Positions 14,662 to 28,569 of a stretch of 64,000 nt of DNA are shown here, piece after piece (positions within the stretch are counted from its first letter, which is position 1; the number at the start of each line of letters is the position of its first letter). Source of the stretch: Escherichia coli (GTDB taxonomy: Bacteria > Pseudomonadota > Gammaproteobacteria > Enterobacterales > Enterobacteriaceae); assembly GCF_024223415.1 (NCBI RefSeq), contig NZ_CP100500.1; one strand, given 5' to 3'. A program made the translations under genes and the position numbers. The notes beneath the pieces were generated by a model, which did no database searches, was not told the DNA's origin, and saw only the letters and a list, made by a program, of their open reading frames with translations.

Positions 14662-14712
14662 CTCTGACCTGAATAAGTGATGGTGCAGCCTGCAGGCCGC
14701 ACCACAACCGCA

Positions 14713-15279
14713 TTACTTCACGCGAGAGACGTATTCACCAGAGCGGGTATCCACTTTGATGACTTCGCCGATTTGTACGAACAGCGGAACTTTAACCACA
14801 GCGCCAGTAGACAGGGTAGCCGGTTTGCCGCCAGTACCTGCGGTATCACCTTTCAGGCCCGGATCGGTATCAACGATTTCCAGTTCAACGAAGTTCGGCG
14901 GAGTAACGGAGATCGGCTGACCATTCCACAGAGTTACGATACACTCTGCCTGATCCAGCAGCCATTTCGCGTTGTCGCCAATTGCTTTTGCATCAGCAGA
15001 CAGCTGCTCGAAAGTTTCGTTGTTCATGAAGTGCCAGAACTCACCGTCGTTGTACAGGTAAGTCAGGTTCATATCGACAACATCAGCGCCTTCAGCGGAG
15101 TCAGTAGATTTGAAGGTTTTTTCTACGCGAGTACCGGTCAGCAGACGACGCAGTTTAACGCGAGCAAATGCCTGGCCTTTACCCGGTTTTACGAATTCAC
15201 TCGCTTCAACCGCGTAAGGTTCGCCGTCTAACATGATTTTAAGACCAGCACGAAAATCGTTGCTATAGTACGTTGCCAT
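14713..15279 (-). CDS. efp: Elongation factor P
   Basis: 188 aa, matches recalled E. coli EF-P including KPGKG loop carrying modified Lys34. Confidence 0.97.
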
Positions 15280-15320
15280 AAGGCCCTCTGAAATTTGTTA
15301 ATTGGTAGCTAAGCCACAAA

Positions 15321-16349
15321 ATGGCGCATATTGTAACCCTAAATACCCCATCCAGAGAAGATTGGTTAACGCAACTTGCCGATGTTGTGACCGATCCTGA
15401 TGAACTTCTGCGTCTTTTGAATATAGACGCGGACGAAAAACTGTTGGCCGGACGCAACGCCAAAAAGCTGTTTGCCCTGCGTGTGCCCCGCTCATTTATC
15501 GAGCGCATGGAGAAAGGCAATCCGGACGATCCGCTTTTGCGTCAGGTACTTACCTCGCAAGATGAGTTTGTCGTCGCGCCCGGATTCTCCACCGACCCGC
15601 TGGAAGAACAGCACAGCGTAGTGCCTGGTTTGTTGCATAAATACCACAACCGGGCGCTTTTGCTGGTCAAAGGCGGCTGCGCGGTAAATTGCCGTTATTG
15701 CTTCCGTCGCCACTTCCCTTATGCCGAAAATCAGGGCAACAAGCGTAACTGGCAAACTGCACTTGAGTATGTTGCTGCGCATCCGGAACTGGACGAGATG
15801 ATTTTCTCCGGCGGCGATCCGCTGATGGCGAAAGATCACGAGCTGGACTGGTTGCTCACACAACTGGAAGCCATCCCGCATATCAAACGTCTGCGGATTC
15901 ACAGTCGTCTGCCGATTGTGATCCCGGCACGCATCACAGATGCGCTGGTTGAACGCTTTTCACATTCTACGCTGCAAATCTTGCTGGTGAATCACATCAA
16001 CCATGCCAATGAGATAGATGAAACATTCCGTCAGGCGATGGCTAAGTTGCGCCGGGCGGGCGTTACTTTGCTGAACCAGAGCGTTCTGTTACGTGGTGTG
16101 AACGATAACGCACAAACGCTGGCAAACCTGAGTAATGCGTTGTTCGATGCAGGCGTGATGCCGTATTACCTGCATGTGCTCGATAAAGTACAGGGCGCGG
16201 CGCATTTTATGGTGAGTGATGACGAAGCACGGCAGATTATGCGTGAGTTGCTGACACTGGTGTCGGGATATCTGGTGCCGAAACTGGCGCGAGAAATTGG
16301 CGGCGAACCCAGCAAAACGCCGCTGGATCTCCAGCTACGCCAGCAGTAA
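15321..16349 (+). CDS. epmB: EF-P beta-lysylation protein EpmB (lysine 2,3-aminomutase-like, YjeK)
   Basis: 342 aa, radical-SAM CxxxCxxC (CAVNCRYCFRRH); divergent from efp. Confidence 0.93.
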   Translation: MAHIVTLNTPSREDWLTQLADVVTDPDELLRLLNIDADEKLLAGRNAKKLFALRVPRSFIERMEKGNPDDPLLRQVLTSQDEFVVAPGFSTDPLEEQHSVVPGLLHKYHNRALLLVKGGCAVNCRYCFRRHFPYAENQGNKRNWQTALEYVAAHPELDEMIFSGGDPLMAKDHELDWLLTQLEAIPHIKRLRIHSRLPIVIPARITDALVERFSHSTLQILLVNHINHANEIDETFRQAMAKLRRAGVTLLNQSVLLRGVNDNAQTLANLSNALFDAGVMPYYLHVLDKVQGAAHFMVSDDEARQIMRELLTLVSGYLVPKLAREIGGEPSKTPLDLQLRQQ

Positions 16350-16400
16350 CTGATTAAACAGGGAAGTTAAACATTAAAATTGAATGGATTTTCAATGAAC

Positions 16401-16436
<36 letters not shown>

Positions 16437-16698
16437 AGAGCAACCAACGCAAGTACAGCAACCTGCCATTAAACAGGGAAGTTTAATCTTTGCCCGTTGC
16501 ATAACCTTTAATTATTCATATACATTGCTGTTGTTACTCTTTATATAGCTAACACCAATAATTAACCTTTCTTTTCTGTTTATATAGAGTGAGCACGGCT
16601 ACTTATGTTATTTTAACAACTATTATTACCAAGCCCATTCATCTGGCTTATAAATTAAAATTAATTATTTAATTGAGAAATGGTTAGGGAGAACCTAC

Positions 16699-17568
16699 AT
16701 GGCCATAAGCATCAAGGGTGTTAATACCGGTGTTATTCGCAAGAGTAATAATTTCATTGCACTGGCGCTGAAAATTAAGGAACCTCGCAATAAAGAATCG
16801 TTGTTCTTTATGTCTGTCATGGAACTGCGCGACCTGCTGATTGCGCTGGAAAGTCGTCTGCATCAAAAGCATAAACTGGATGCTGCTACACGCCTTCAGT
16901 ATGAGCAAGCTCGCGATAAAGTCATTAAGAAAATGGCAGAAAATATCCCAGAAATTCTGGTTGATGAGCTTAAAAATGCCGATATTAATCGTCGGGTTAA
17001 CACGCTGGAACTTACCGATAATCAAGGCGAAAATCTTACCTTCGTATTAACGCTACATGACGGTAGCAAATGTGAGTTAGTCGTCAATGAGTTGCAGATT
17101 GAAATGCTGGCGCGAGCAATCATTCATGCAATTAATAATGCAGAAATGCGCGAACTGGCATTACGTATTACCTCACTGTTAGATTTCCTGCCGTTATACG
17201 ACGTTGACTGCCAGGAAAATGGCAATCTGGAATATGACACCTATTCCCAACCGGAATGGAAACATAACTTGTTCGACCATTATCTGGCGGTGCTTTACCG
17301 CTTTAAAGATGAAAGTGGCAAAGAACAATTTAGCGGCGCAGTGGTGAAAACGCGTGAAGCAACGCCGGGTAAAGAAATAGAGGCGATCACTCGCCGAATG
17401 CTTGATTTCAGCCCACGACTGAAAAAACTCGCGGGTGTGCCATGTCAGGTCTATGTTCGCACCGTAGCGGCGAATAACGCCCAACCGCTAACCCAGGATC
17501 AATGCTTACGCGCGCTGCATCACTTACGTGTTCAATCCACCAGCAAAACTGCACCACAGGCGAAATAA
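16699..17568 (+). CDS. yjeJ: Uncharacterized protein YjeJ
   Basis: 289-aa ORF in conserved position between epmB and yjeI; AT-rich. Confidence 0.75.
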   Translation: MAISIKGVNTGVIRKSNNFIALALKIKEPRNKESLFFMSVMELRDLLIALESRLHQKHKLDAATRLQYEQARDKVIKKMAENIPEILVDELKNADINRRVNTLELTDNQGENLTFVLTLHDGSKCELVVNELQIEMLARAIIHAINNAEMRELALRITSLLDFLPLYDVDCQENGNLEYDTYSQPEWKHNLFDHYLAVLYRFKDESGKEQFSGAVVKTREATPGKEIEAITRRMLDFSPRLKKLAGVPCQVYVRTVAANNAQPLTQDQCLRALHHLRVQSTSKTAPQAK

Positions 17569-17636
17569 TCTCATCTTTGCTAATGCGAGGCTGGAGCCAT
17601 CCAGCCTGAAATGACTGATAACGTGATCGTTGGTCA

Positions 17637-17740
<104 letters not shown>

Positions 17741-17760
17741 ATACGTTTGTCACCATCACA

Positions 17761-18114
17761 TCAGTTCGGGCACTTATATACCTGGCCGATAATCTGGCTA
17801 TCCGTCGGGACAAAACTGGACAACATTCCCTGCGACGGGCTACTGATGCCATAAATCACGTTACCGCCCATTGCAGCCGCCTGGTTGCGCAGATCGTTTG
17901 CTGCGCCGCGCATAGAACCGCCCTCTTCTCCGTGTTGCCCGGAAAGCCAGTTGCTTTGCTTACCTGTCGCAGTACCAATCAGCTGGCACTCTGCGCCTGG
18001 CTGCTCGTCCACAATGCGTACACTCTGACCGGCAGCACTCAATTCGTTGCTGGAGCTACAACCCGCCATCAGTAGCGCGGCACCGACAATCCCTGCTAAG
18101 TATTTTACGTGCAT
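17761..18114 (-). CDS. yjeI: Lipoprotein YjeI (DUF4156-like)
   Basis: ORF trimmed to Met (MHVKYLAGIVGAALLMAGCSSS...), 117 aa with lipobox. Confidence 0.8.
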   Translation of the reverse strand: MHVKYLAGIVGAALLMAGCSSSNELSAAGQSVRIVDEQPGAECQLIGTATGKQSNWLSGQHGEEGGSMRGAANDLRNQAAAMGGNVIYGISSPSQGMLSSFVPTDSQIIGQVYKCPN

Positions 18115-18251
18115 GTTATTCCCCATAATCAATGAGCTGGACGCCACTCGCGTCGTCCGTGTCTGAATCTTATACTAGAAAGATGACCAAAAGAAAAACC
18201 CCCAGACATTTCTGCCCGGGGGTTTGTTTATTTCTGCGAGGTGCAGGGCAA

Positions 18252-19910
<1,659 letters not shown>

Positions 19911-19941
19911 TTAAATTCGTATGTTCAGTGTCGTGCGAGGA

Positions 19942-20286
<345 letters not shown>

Positions 20287-20314
20287 TTACGTGGTTTCCC
20301 GGCTGGTGACCAGA

Positions 20315-20348
20315 GAAATGGGGATGAGGCTTCGCCCCTTCAAGGGGG
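20315..20348 (-). promoter_or_regulatory. Sigma-32 heat-shock promoter of groSL
   Basis: On the groS sense strand cccccttgaa (-35) then 14-15 nt spacer then ccccatttc (-10), matching the sigma-32 consensus CTTGAA / CCCCATNT, about 80 nt upstream of groS. Confidence 0.7.
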
Positions 20349-20510
20349 AAAAAGAAAAAAAATTCTGATCAGCACAAAATCGGGTGAAAACCCTGATTCA
20401 CCTCACATTTCATCGCAATTTCTTCATCGCCGTCATAAGCGAATCTGATTGTGCTACCATCGAAAATCTACGCAGTTGCCCAAAATTTGGGCGCAATCGG
20501 ACATCAACCC

Positions 20511-21767
20511 ATGAGTGGACTCAAACAAGAACTGGGGCTGGCCCAGGGCATTGGCCTGCTATCGACGTCATTATTAGGCACTGGTGTGTTTGCCGTTCCT
20601 GCGTTAGCTGCACTGGTAGCAGGCAATAACAGCCTATGGGCGTGGCCCGTTTTGATTATCTTAGTGTTCCCGATTGCGATTGTGTTTGCGATTCTGGGTC
20701 GCCACTATCCCAGCGCAGGCGGCGTCGCGCACTTCGTCGGTATGGCGTTTGGTTCGCGGCTTGAGCGAGTCACCGGCTGGCTGTTTTTATCAGTCATTCC
20801 CGTGGGTTTGCCTGCCGCGCTACAAATTGCAGCCGGATTCGGCCAGGCGATGTTTGGCTGGCATAGCTGGCAACTGTTGTTGGCAGAACTCGGTACGCTG
20901 GCGTTGGTATGGTATATCGGTACTCGCGGTGCCAGTTCCAGTGCAAATCTACAAACCGTTATTGCCGGACTTATCGTCGCACTGATTGTCGCTATCTGGC
21001 GGGCGGGCGATATCAAACCTGCGAGTATCCCCTTCCCCGCGCCAGGAAATATCGAACTTACCGGGTTATTTGCTGCGTTATCAGTGATGTTCTGGTGTTT
21101 TGTCGGTCTTGAAGCATTTGCCCATCTTGCCTCGGAATTTAAAAATCCAGAACGTGATTTTCCTCGTGCTTTGATGATTGGTCTGCTGCTGGCAGGATTA
21201 GTCTACTGGGGCTGTACGGTAGTCGTCTTACACTTCGACGCCTATGGTGAACAAATGGCCGCGGCAGCATCGCTTCCAAAAATTGTAGTGCAACTGTTCG
21301 GTGTAGGAGCGTTATGGATTGCCTGCGTAATTGGCTATCTGGCCTGCTTTGCCAGTCTCAACATTTATATACAGAGCTTCGCCCGCCTGGTCTGGTCGCA
21401 GGCGCAACATAATCCTGACCACTACCTGGCACGCCTCTCTTCTCGCCATATCCCGAATAATGCCCTCAATGCGGTGCTCGGCTGCTGCGTGGTGAGCACG
21501 TTGGTGATTCATGCTTTAGAGATCAATCTGGACGCTCTTATTATTTATGCCAATGGCATCTTTATTATGATTTATCTGTTATGCATGCTGGCAGGCTGTA
21601 AATTATTGCAAGGTCGTTATCGACTACTGGCGGTGGTTGGCGGGCTGTTATGCGTTCTGTTACTGGCAATGGTCGGCTGGAAAAGTCTCTATGCGCTGAT
21701 CATGCTGGCGGGGTTATGGCTGTTTCTGCCAAAACGAAAAACGCCGGAAAATGGCATAACCACATAA
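20511..21767 (+). CDS. yjeH: L-methionine/branched-chain amino acid exporter YjeH (APC family)
   Basis: ORF trimmed to ATG 20511 (MSGLKQELGLAQGIG...), 418 aa, 12-TM transporter. Confidence 0.88.
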   Translation: MSGLKQELGLAQGIGLLSTSLLGTGVFAVPALAALVAGNNSLWAWPVLIILVFPIAIVFAILGRHYPSAGGVAHFVGMAFGSRLERVTGWLFLSVIPVGLPAALQIAAGFGQAMFGWHSWQLLLAELGTLALVWYIGTRGASSSANLQTVIAGLIVALIVAIWRAGDIKPASIPFPAPGNIELTGLFAALSVMFWCFVGLEAFAHLASEFKNPERDFPRALMIGLLLAGLVYWGCTVVVLHFDAYGEQMAAAASLPKIVVQLFGVGALWIACVIGYLACFASLNIYIQSFARLVWSQAQHNPDHYLARLSSRHIPNNALNAVLGCCVVSTLVIHALEINLDALIIYANGIFIMIYLLCMLAGCKLLQGRYRLLAVVGGLLCVLLLAMVGWKSLYALIMLAGLWLFLPKRKTPENGITT

Positions 21768-21782
21768 TCCGGCGTTTCGACA

Positions 21783-22259
21783 TTAATCCTGGCGATCGTC
21801 TTTATGATCAAGGCGGTCGCGCTCATCATCCTTTCGCTGGTACTCACCATCAAAAGTATTACCGCCACCGGTCCCGGCGCTAAAACCGCCGCCTGGCATG
21901 CGAGAAAAGCGCAAATGTGGCATCAACTTCACTGTCAGATGCTTTTGCACCGGCGGCAATAAAAGCAGAAGACCGAGGAAGTCGGTGAAAAAGCCCGGTA
22001 ATAAAAGCAGCAAACCGGCAATGATCAGCGAAACACTTTTAATCATCTCCGCCGCAGGGTTTTCACCCGCCGCCATTTTTTGCTGCATCAGCACGAAATT
22101 CTTAAAGCCCTGGTTACGTACCAGTGACATACCGATAACTGACGTGAATATAACCAGCACGAGGGTCAACAATACCCCCAATACATGGGCAACCTGAATA
22201 AAGATTGAAATCTCAATATAGACATAAAGGAAAATGACAATAAAAGGTAACCAGCGCAA
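21783..22259 (-). CDS. fxsA: Inner-membrane protein FxsA
   Basis: 158 aa, N-terminal TM helices, acidic/basic C-terminal tail; conserved neighbour of aspA. Confidence 0.9.
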   Translation of the reverse strand: MRWLPFIVIFLYVYIEISIFIQVAHVLGVLLTLVLVIFTSVIGMSLVRNQGFKNFVLMQQKMAAGENPAAEMIKSVSLIIAGLLLLLPGFFTDFLGLLLLLPPVQKHLTVKLMPHLRFSRMPGGGFSAGTGGGNTFDGEYQRKDDERDRLDHKDDRQD

Positions 22260-22595
22260 AGGTTTCTCCTGTAATAGCAGCCGGTTAACCCCGGCTACCT
22301 GAATGGGTTGCGAATCGCGTTCAGCTTATATTGTGGTCATTAGCAAAATTTCAAGATGTTTGCGCAACTATTTTTGGTAGTAATCCCAAAGCGGTGATCT
22401 ATTTCACAAATTAATAATTAAGGGGTAAAAACCGACACTTAAAGTGATCCAGATTACGGTAGAAATCCTCAAGCAGCATATGATCTCGGGTATTCGGTCG
22501 ATGCAGGGGATAATCGTCGGTCGAAAAACATTCGAAACCACATATATTCTGTGTGTTTAAAGCAAATCATTGGCAGCTTGAAAAAGAAGGTTCAC

Positions 22596-24032
22596 ATGTC
22601 AAACAACATTCGTATCGAAGAAGATCTGTTGGGTACCAGGGAAGTTCCAGCTGATGCCTACTATGGTGTTCACACTCTGAGAGCGATTGAAAACTTCTAT
22701 ATCAGCAACAACAAAATCAGTGATATTCCTGAATTTGTTCGCGGTATGGTAATGGTTAAAAAAGCCGCAGCTATGGCAAACAAAGAGCTGCAAACCATTC
22801 CTAAAAGTGTAGCGAATGCCATCATTGCCGCATGTGATGAAGTCCTGAACAACGGAAAATGCATGGATCAGTTCCCGGTAGACGTCTACCAGGGCGGCGC
22901 AGGTACTTCCGTAAACATGAACACCAACGAAGTGCTGGCCAATATCGGTCTGGAACTGATGGGTCACCAGAAAGGTGAATATCAGTACCTGAACCCGAAC
23001 GACCATGTTAACAAATGTCAGTCCACTAACGACGCCTACCCGACCGGTTTCCGTATCGCAGTTTACTCTTCCCTGATTAAGCTGGTAGATGCGATTAACC
23101 AACTGCGTGAAGGCTTTGAACGTAAAGCTGTCGAATTCCAGGACATCCTGAAAATGGGTCGTACCCAGCTGCAGGACGCAGTACCGATGACCCTCGGTCA
23201 GGAATTCCGCGCTTTCAGCATCCTGCTGAAAGAAGAAGTGAAAAACATCCAACGTACCGCTGAACTGCTGCTGGAAGTTAACCTTGGCGCAACAGCAATC
23301 GGTACTGGTCTGAACACGCCGAAAGAGTACTCTCCGCTGGCAGTGAAAAAACTGGCTGAAGTTACTGGCTTCCCATGCGTACCGGCTGAAGACCTGATCG
23401 AAGCGACCTCTGACTGCGGCGCTTATGTTATGGTTCACGGCGCGCTGAAACGCCTGGCTGTGAAGATGTCCAAAATCTGTAACGACCTGCGCTTGCTCTC
23501 TTCTGGTCCACGTGCCGGCCTGAACGAGATCAACCTGCCGGAACTGCAGGCGGGCTCTTCCATCATGCCAGCTAAAGTAAACCCGGTTGTTCCGGAAGTG
23601 GTTAACCAGGTATGCTTCAAAGTCATCGGTAACGACACCACTGTTACCATGGCAGCAGAAGCAGGTCAGCTGCAGTTGAACGTTATGGAGCCGGTCATTG
23701 GCCAGGCCATGTTCGAATCCGTTCACATTCTGACCAACGCTTGCTACAACCTGCTGGAAAAATGCATTAACGGCATCACAGCTAACAAAGAAGTGTGCGA
23801 AGGTTACGTTTACAACTCTATCGGTATCGTTACTTACCTGAACCCGTTCATCGGTCACCACAACGGTGACATCGTGGGTAAAATCTGTGCCGAAACCGGT
23901 AAGAGTGTACGTGAAGTCGTTCTGGAACGCGGTCTGTTGACTGAAGCGGAACTTGACGATATTTTCTCCGTACAGAATCTGATGCACCCGGCTTACAAAG
24001 CAAAACGCTATACTGATGAAAGCGAACAGTAA
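22596..24032 (+). CDS. aspA: Aspartate ammonia-lyase
   Basis: ORF trimmed to ATG 22596 ([18 protein letters not shown]...), 478 aa; fumarase/aspartase family signature [10 protein letters not shown]. Confidence 0.97.
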
Positions 24033-24056
24033 TCGTACAGGGTAGTACAAATAAAG

Positions 24057-24087
24057 AAGGCACGTCAGATGACGTGCCTTTTTTCTT
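24057..24087 (+). terminator. Rho-independent terminator after aspA
   Basis: aaggcacgtcagatgacgtgcctt hairpin followed by tttttt. Confidence 0.75.
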
Positions 24088-24149
24088 GTGAGCAGTAACT
24101 TAAAAATAACAATCTAATATCAACTTGTTAAAAAACAAGGAAGGCTAAT

Positions 24150-25451
24150 ATGCTAGTTGTAGAACTCATCATAGTTTTGCTGGCGATCTTCTTGGGCGCC
24201 AGATTGGGGGGAATAGGTATTGGTTTTGCAGGCGGATTGGGGGTGCTGGTTCTTGCCGCTATTGGCGTTAAACCCGGTAACATCCCGTTCGATGTCATTT
24301 CCATTATCATGGCGGTTATCGCCGCTATTTCTGCCATGCAGGTTGCTGGCGGTCTGGACTATCTGGTTCATCAGACAGAAAAGCTGCTGCGCCGTAACCC
24401 GAAATACATCACGATCCTCGCACCGATCGTGACCTATTTCCTGACTATCTTTGCTGGTACTGGCAACATCTCTCTGGCGACACTGCCAGTTATCGCTGAA
24501 GTTGCGAAGGAACAAGGCGTTAAACCTTGCCGTCCGCTGTCTACTGCAGTGGTATCCGCTCAGATTGCGATCACCGCATCGCCAATCTCAGCGGCAGTGG
24601 TTTACATGTCTTCCGTGATGGAAGGTCATGGCATCAGCTACCTCCATCTGCTCTCCGTGGTCATCCCGTCCACCCTGCTGGCGGTTCTGGTGATGTCCTT
24701 CCTGGTCACTATGCTGTTCAACTCCAAACTCTCTGACGATCCGATTTATCGCAAGCGTCTGGAAGAGGGCCTGGTTGAACTGCGCGGTGAAAAGCAGATT
24801 GAAATCAAATCCGGTGCAAAAACGTCCGTCTGGCTGTTCCTGCTGGGCGTAGTTGGCGTGGTTATCTATGCAATCATCAACAGCCCAAGCATGGGTCTGG
24901 TTGAAAAACCGCTGATGAACACCACCAACGCAATCCTGATCATCATGCTCAGCGTTGCAACTCTGACCACCGTTATCTGTAAAGTCGATACCGACAACAT
25001 CCTCAACTCCAGCACCTTCAAAGCAGGTATGAGCGCCTGTATTTGTATCCTGGGTGTTGCGTGGCTGGGCGATACTTTCGTTTCCAACAACATCGACTGG
25101 ATCAAAGATACCGCTGGTGAAGTGATTCAGGGTCATCCGTGGCTGCTGGCCGTCATCTTCTTCTTTGCTTCTGCTCTGCTGTACTCTCAGGCTGCAACCG
25201 CAAAAGCACTGATGCCGATGGCTCTGGCACTGAACGTTTCTCCGCTGACCGCTGTTGCTTCTTTCGCTGCGGTGTCTGGTCTGTTCATTCTGCCGACCTA
25301 CCCGACGCTGGTTGCTGCGGTACAGATGGATGACACGGGTACTACCCGTATCGGTAAATTCGTCTTCAACCATCCGTTCTTCATCCCGGGTACTCTGGGT
25401 GTTGCCCTGGCCGTTTGCTTCGGCTTCGTGCTGGGTAGCTTCATGCTGTAA
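24150..25451 (+). CDS. dcuA: Anaerobic C4-dicarboxylate transporter DcuA
   Basis: 433 aa polytopic membrane protein MLVVELIIVLLAIFLGARLGGIGIG... Confidence 0.95.
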   Translation: MLVVELIIVLLAIFLGARLGGIGIGFAGGLGVLVLAAIGVKPGNIPFDVISIIMAVIAAISAMQVAGGLDYLVHQTEKLLRRNPKYITILAPIVTYFLTIFAGTGNISLATLPVIAEVAKEQGVKPCRPLSTAVVSAQIAITASPISAAVVYMSSVMEGHGISYLHLLSVVIPSTLLAVLVMSFLVTMLFNSKLSDDPIYRKRLEEGLVELRGEKQIEIKSGAKTSVWLFLLGVVGVVIYAIINSPSMGLVEKPLMNTTNAILIIMLSVATLTTVICKVDTDNILNSSTFKAGMSACICILGVAWLGDTFVSNNIDWIKDTAGEVIQGHPWLLAVIFFFASALLYSQAATAKALMPMALALNVSPLTAVASFAAVSGLFILPTYPTLVAAVQMDDTGTTRIGKFVFNHPFFIPGTLGVALAVCFGFVLGSFML

Positions 25452-25566
25452 TGACCAATCGCGGGGCGTTCACGCCCCGCTTTCTTTCCCGCCGACTAAC
25501 ATCCTTCCCCCGTCCGTTGTATAGTGACCTCTCTCTTGCGGTTCCATCTGTTCTTGCGAGGTGTTT

Positions 25567-25905
25567 ATGCTTGATGAAAAAAGTTCGAATACCGCGTCTG
25601 TCGTGGTGCTATGTACCGCACCGGATGAAGCGACAGCCCAGGATTTAGCCGCCAAAGTGCTGGCGGAAAAACTGGCGGCCTGCGCGACCTTGATCCCCGG
25701 CGCTACCTCTCTCTATTACTGGGAAGGTAAGCTGGAGCAAGAATACGAAGTGCAGATGATTTTAAAAACTACCGTATCTCACCAGCAGGCACTGCTGGAA
25801 TGCCTGAAGTCTCATCATCCATATCAAACCCCGGAACTTCTGGTTTTACCTGTTACACACGGAGACACAGATTACCTCTCATGGCTCAACGCATCTTTAC
25901 GCTGA
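25567..25905 (+). CDS. cutA: Divalent-cation tolerance protein CutA
   Basis: ORF trimmed to ATG 25567 ([21 protein letters not shown]...), 112 aa. Confidence 0.92.
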
Positions 25906-27578
25906 TCCTGCTACTTTGCAGCACTTCCGTTTTTGCCGGATTATTCGACGCGCCGGGACGTTCACAATTTGTCCCCGCGGATCAAGCCTTTGCTTTTGAT
26001 TTTCAGCAAAACCAACATGACCTTAATCTGACCTGGCAGATCAAAGACGGTTACTACCTCTACCGTAAACAGATCCGCATTACGCCGGAACACGCGAAAA
26101 TTGCCGACGTGCAGCTGCCGCAAGGCGTCTGGCATGAAGATGAGTTTTACGGCAAAAGTGAGATTTACCGCGATCGGCTGACGCTTCCCGTAACCATCAA
26201 CCAGGCGAGTGCGGGAGCGACGTTAACTGTCACCTACCAGGGCTGTGCTGATGCCGGTTTCTGTTATCCGCCAGAAACCAAAACCGTTCCGTTAAGCGAA
26301 GTGGTCGCCAACAACGCAGCGTCACAGCCTGTGTCTGTTCCGCAGCAAGAGCAGCACACCGCGCAATTGCCCTTTTCCGCGCTCTGGGCGTTGTTGATCG
26401 GTATTGGTATCGCCTTTACGCCATGCGTGCTGCCAATGTACCCACTGATTTCTGGCATCGTGCTGGGTGGTAAACAGCGGCTCTCCACTGCCAGAGCATT
26501 GTTGCTGACCTTTATTTATGTGCAGGGGATGGCTCTGACTTACACGGCGCTGGGTCTGGTAGTTGCCGCCGCAGGGTTACAGTTCCAGGCGGCGCTACAG
26601 CACCCATACGTGCTCATTGGCCTCGCCATCGTCTTTACCTTGCTGGCGATGTCAATGTTTGGCTTGTTTACTCTACAACTCCCCTCCTCGCTGCAAACGC
26701 GCCTCACGCTGATGAGCAATCGCCAACAGGGCGGCTCACCCGGCGGAGTGTTTATTATGGGGGCGATTGCCGGACTGATCTGTTCACCATGCACCACCGC
26801 ACCGCTTAGCGCGATTCTGCTGTATATCGCCCAAAGCGGGAACATGTGGCTGGGCGGCGGCACGCTTTATCTCTATGCGTTGGGCATGGGCCTGCCGCTG
26901 ATGCTAATTACCGTCTTTGGTAACCGCTTGCTGCCGAAAAGCGGCCCGTGGATGGAACAAGTCAAAACCGCGTTTGGTTTTGTGATCCTCGCACTGCCGG
27001 TCTTCCTGCTGGAGCGAGTGATTGGTGATATATGGGGATTACGCTTGTGGTCGGCGCTTGGTGTCGCATTCTTTGGCTGGGCCTTTATCACCAGCCTACA
27101 GGCCAAACGCGGCTGGATGCGCGTGGTGCAAATAATCCTGCTTGCAGCGGCATTGGTTAGCGTGCGCCCACTTCAGGATTGGGCATTTGGTGCGACGCAT
27201 ACCGCGCAAACTCAGACGCATCTCAACTTTACACAAATCAAAACGGTAGATGAGTTAAATCAGGCGCTCGTTGAAGCCAAAGGCAAACCGGTGATGTTAG
27301 ATCTTTATGCCGACTGGTGCGTCGCCTGTAAAGAGTTTGAGAAATACACCTTCAGCGACCCGCAGGTGCAAAAAGCGTTAGCTGACACGGTCTTACTTCA
27401 GGCCAACGTCACGGCCAACGACGCACAAGATGTGGCGCTGTTAAAGCATCTTAATGTCCTTGGCCTACCGACAATTCTCTTTTTTGACGGACAAGGCCAG
27501 GAGCATCCACAAGCACGCGTCACGGGCTTTATGGATGCTGAAACCTTCAGCGCACATTTGCGCGATCGCCAACCGTGA
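25881..27578 (+). CDS. dsbD: Thiol:disulfide interchange protein DsbD (DipZ)
   Basis: ORF trimmed to ATG 25881 ([19 protein letters not shown]...), 565 aa; signal peptide, central TM domain with CxxC, C-terminal thioredoxin-like domain (WCVACK); overlaps cutA 3' end. Confidence 0.95.
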
Positions 27579-27614
27579 ACGACACTTGCAGTGGGAAAGA
27601 CGGAGGAAAATAGC

Positions 27615-28190
27615 GTGCAACGTGAAGATGTACTGGGAGAAGCCCTGAAATTATTAGAATTACAAGGGATTGCCTACACCACGCTGGAGATGGTTGCTGA
27701 ACGTGTGGATTATCCACTGGACGAGCTGCGCCGCTTCTGGCCAGACAAAGAGGCAATCCTCTACGATGCGCTGCGTTATCTTAGCCAACAGATAGATGTC
27801 TGGCGTCGTCAGCTGATGCTGGACGAAACGCAAACCGCCGAACAAAAGCTGCTGGCACGTTATCAGGCGTTATCGGAGTGCGTTAAAAACAACCGCTATC
27901 CGGGCTGTCTATTTATCGCTGCCTGTACGTTTTATCCCGATCCTGGCCACCCTATTCATCAACTGGCCGATCAGCAAAAAAGCGCGGCCTACGATTTCAC
28001 CCACGAACTGTTAACCACGTTGGAAGTTGACGATCCGGCGATGGTAGCAAAGCAGATGGAACTGGTGCTGGAAGGCTGTTTAAGCCGAATGCTGGTAAAT
28101 CGTAGCCAGGCGGATGTCGACACTGCACATCGGCTGGCGGAAGATATCCTGCGCTTCGCCCGCTGCCGCCAGGGTGGCGCATTGACCTGA
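27615..28190 (+). CDS. yjdC: TetR-family transcriptional regulator YjdC
   Basis: GTG start at 27615 ([28 protein letters not shown]...), 191 aa, N-terminal HTH. Confidence 0.85.
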   Translation: MQREDVLGEALKLLELQGIAYTTLEMVAERVDYPLDELRRFWPDKEAILYDALRYLSQQIDVWRRQLMLDETQTAEQKLLARYQALSECVKNNRYPGCLFIAACTFYPDPGHPIHQLADQQKSAAYDFTHELLTTLEVDDPAMVAKQMELVLEGCLSRMLVNRSQADVDTAHRLAEDILRFARCRQGGALT

Positions 28191-28296
28191 CAGAAACACA
28201 GAAAAGAAGCGATTTGCCGCAATCTTAAGCAGTTGAATCGCTTTTACTGAAATTAGGTTGACGAGATGTGCAGATTACGGTTTAATGCGCCCCGTT

Positions 28297-28372
28297 GCCC
28301 GGATAGCTCAGTCGGTAGAGCAGGGGATTGAAAATCCCCGTGTCCTTGGTTCGATTCCGAGTCCGGGCACCA
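28297..28372 (+). tRNA. pheU: tRNA-Phe (anticodon GAA), pheU-type
   Basis: 76-nt cloverleaf GCCCGGATAGCTCAGTCGGTAGAGCAGGGGATTGAAAATCCCC...GGTTCGATTCCGAGTCCGGGCACCA with encoded CCA; sits where pheU lies relative to yjdC. Confidence 0.97.
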
Positions 28373-28381
28373 AATTCATAT

Positions 28382-28409
28382 AAACGGACCTCCACGGAGG
28401 TCCGTTTTT
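28382..28409 (+). terminator. Rho-independent terminator after tRNA-Phe
   Basis: aaacggacctcc-acgg-aggtccgttttt hairpin with T-run. Confidence 0.8.
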
Positions 28410-28569
28410 CGTTTCAGGACGCCACGATTTAAGCGTCCTGCCGCCAAATCAATTCTACCGAACTCAACCAGACTCCCCCCACATCAACCCCATTGTGTGG
28501 GTATAATTGCGGGTATACCCCAGTTCGACAGAATTTGTACCCTCTTTAACGCATTCAGAAGGCTGAACT

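Noticed and set aside
22599-24050. 483-aa ORF antisense to aspA
   Set aside because: Mirror frame of aspA; not an independent gene.
24588-25373. 261-aa ORF antisense to dcuA
   Set aside because: Shadow ORF within dcuA.
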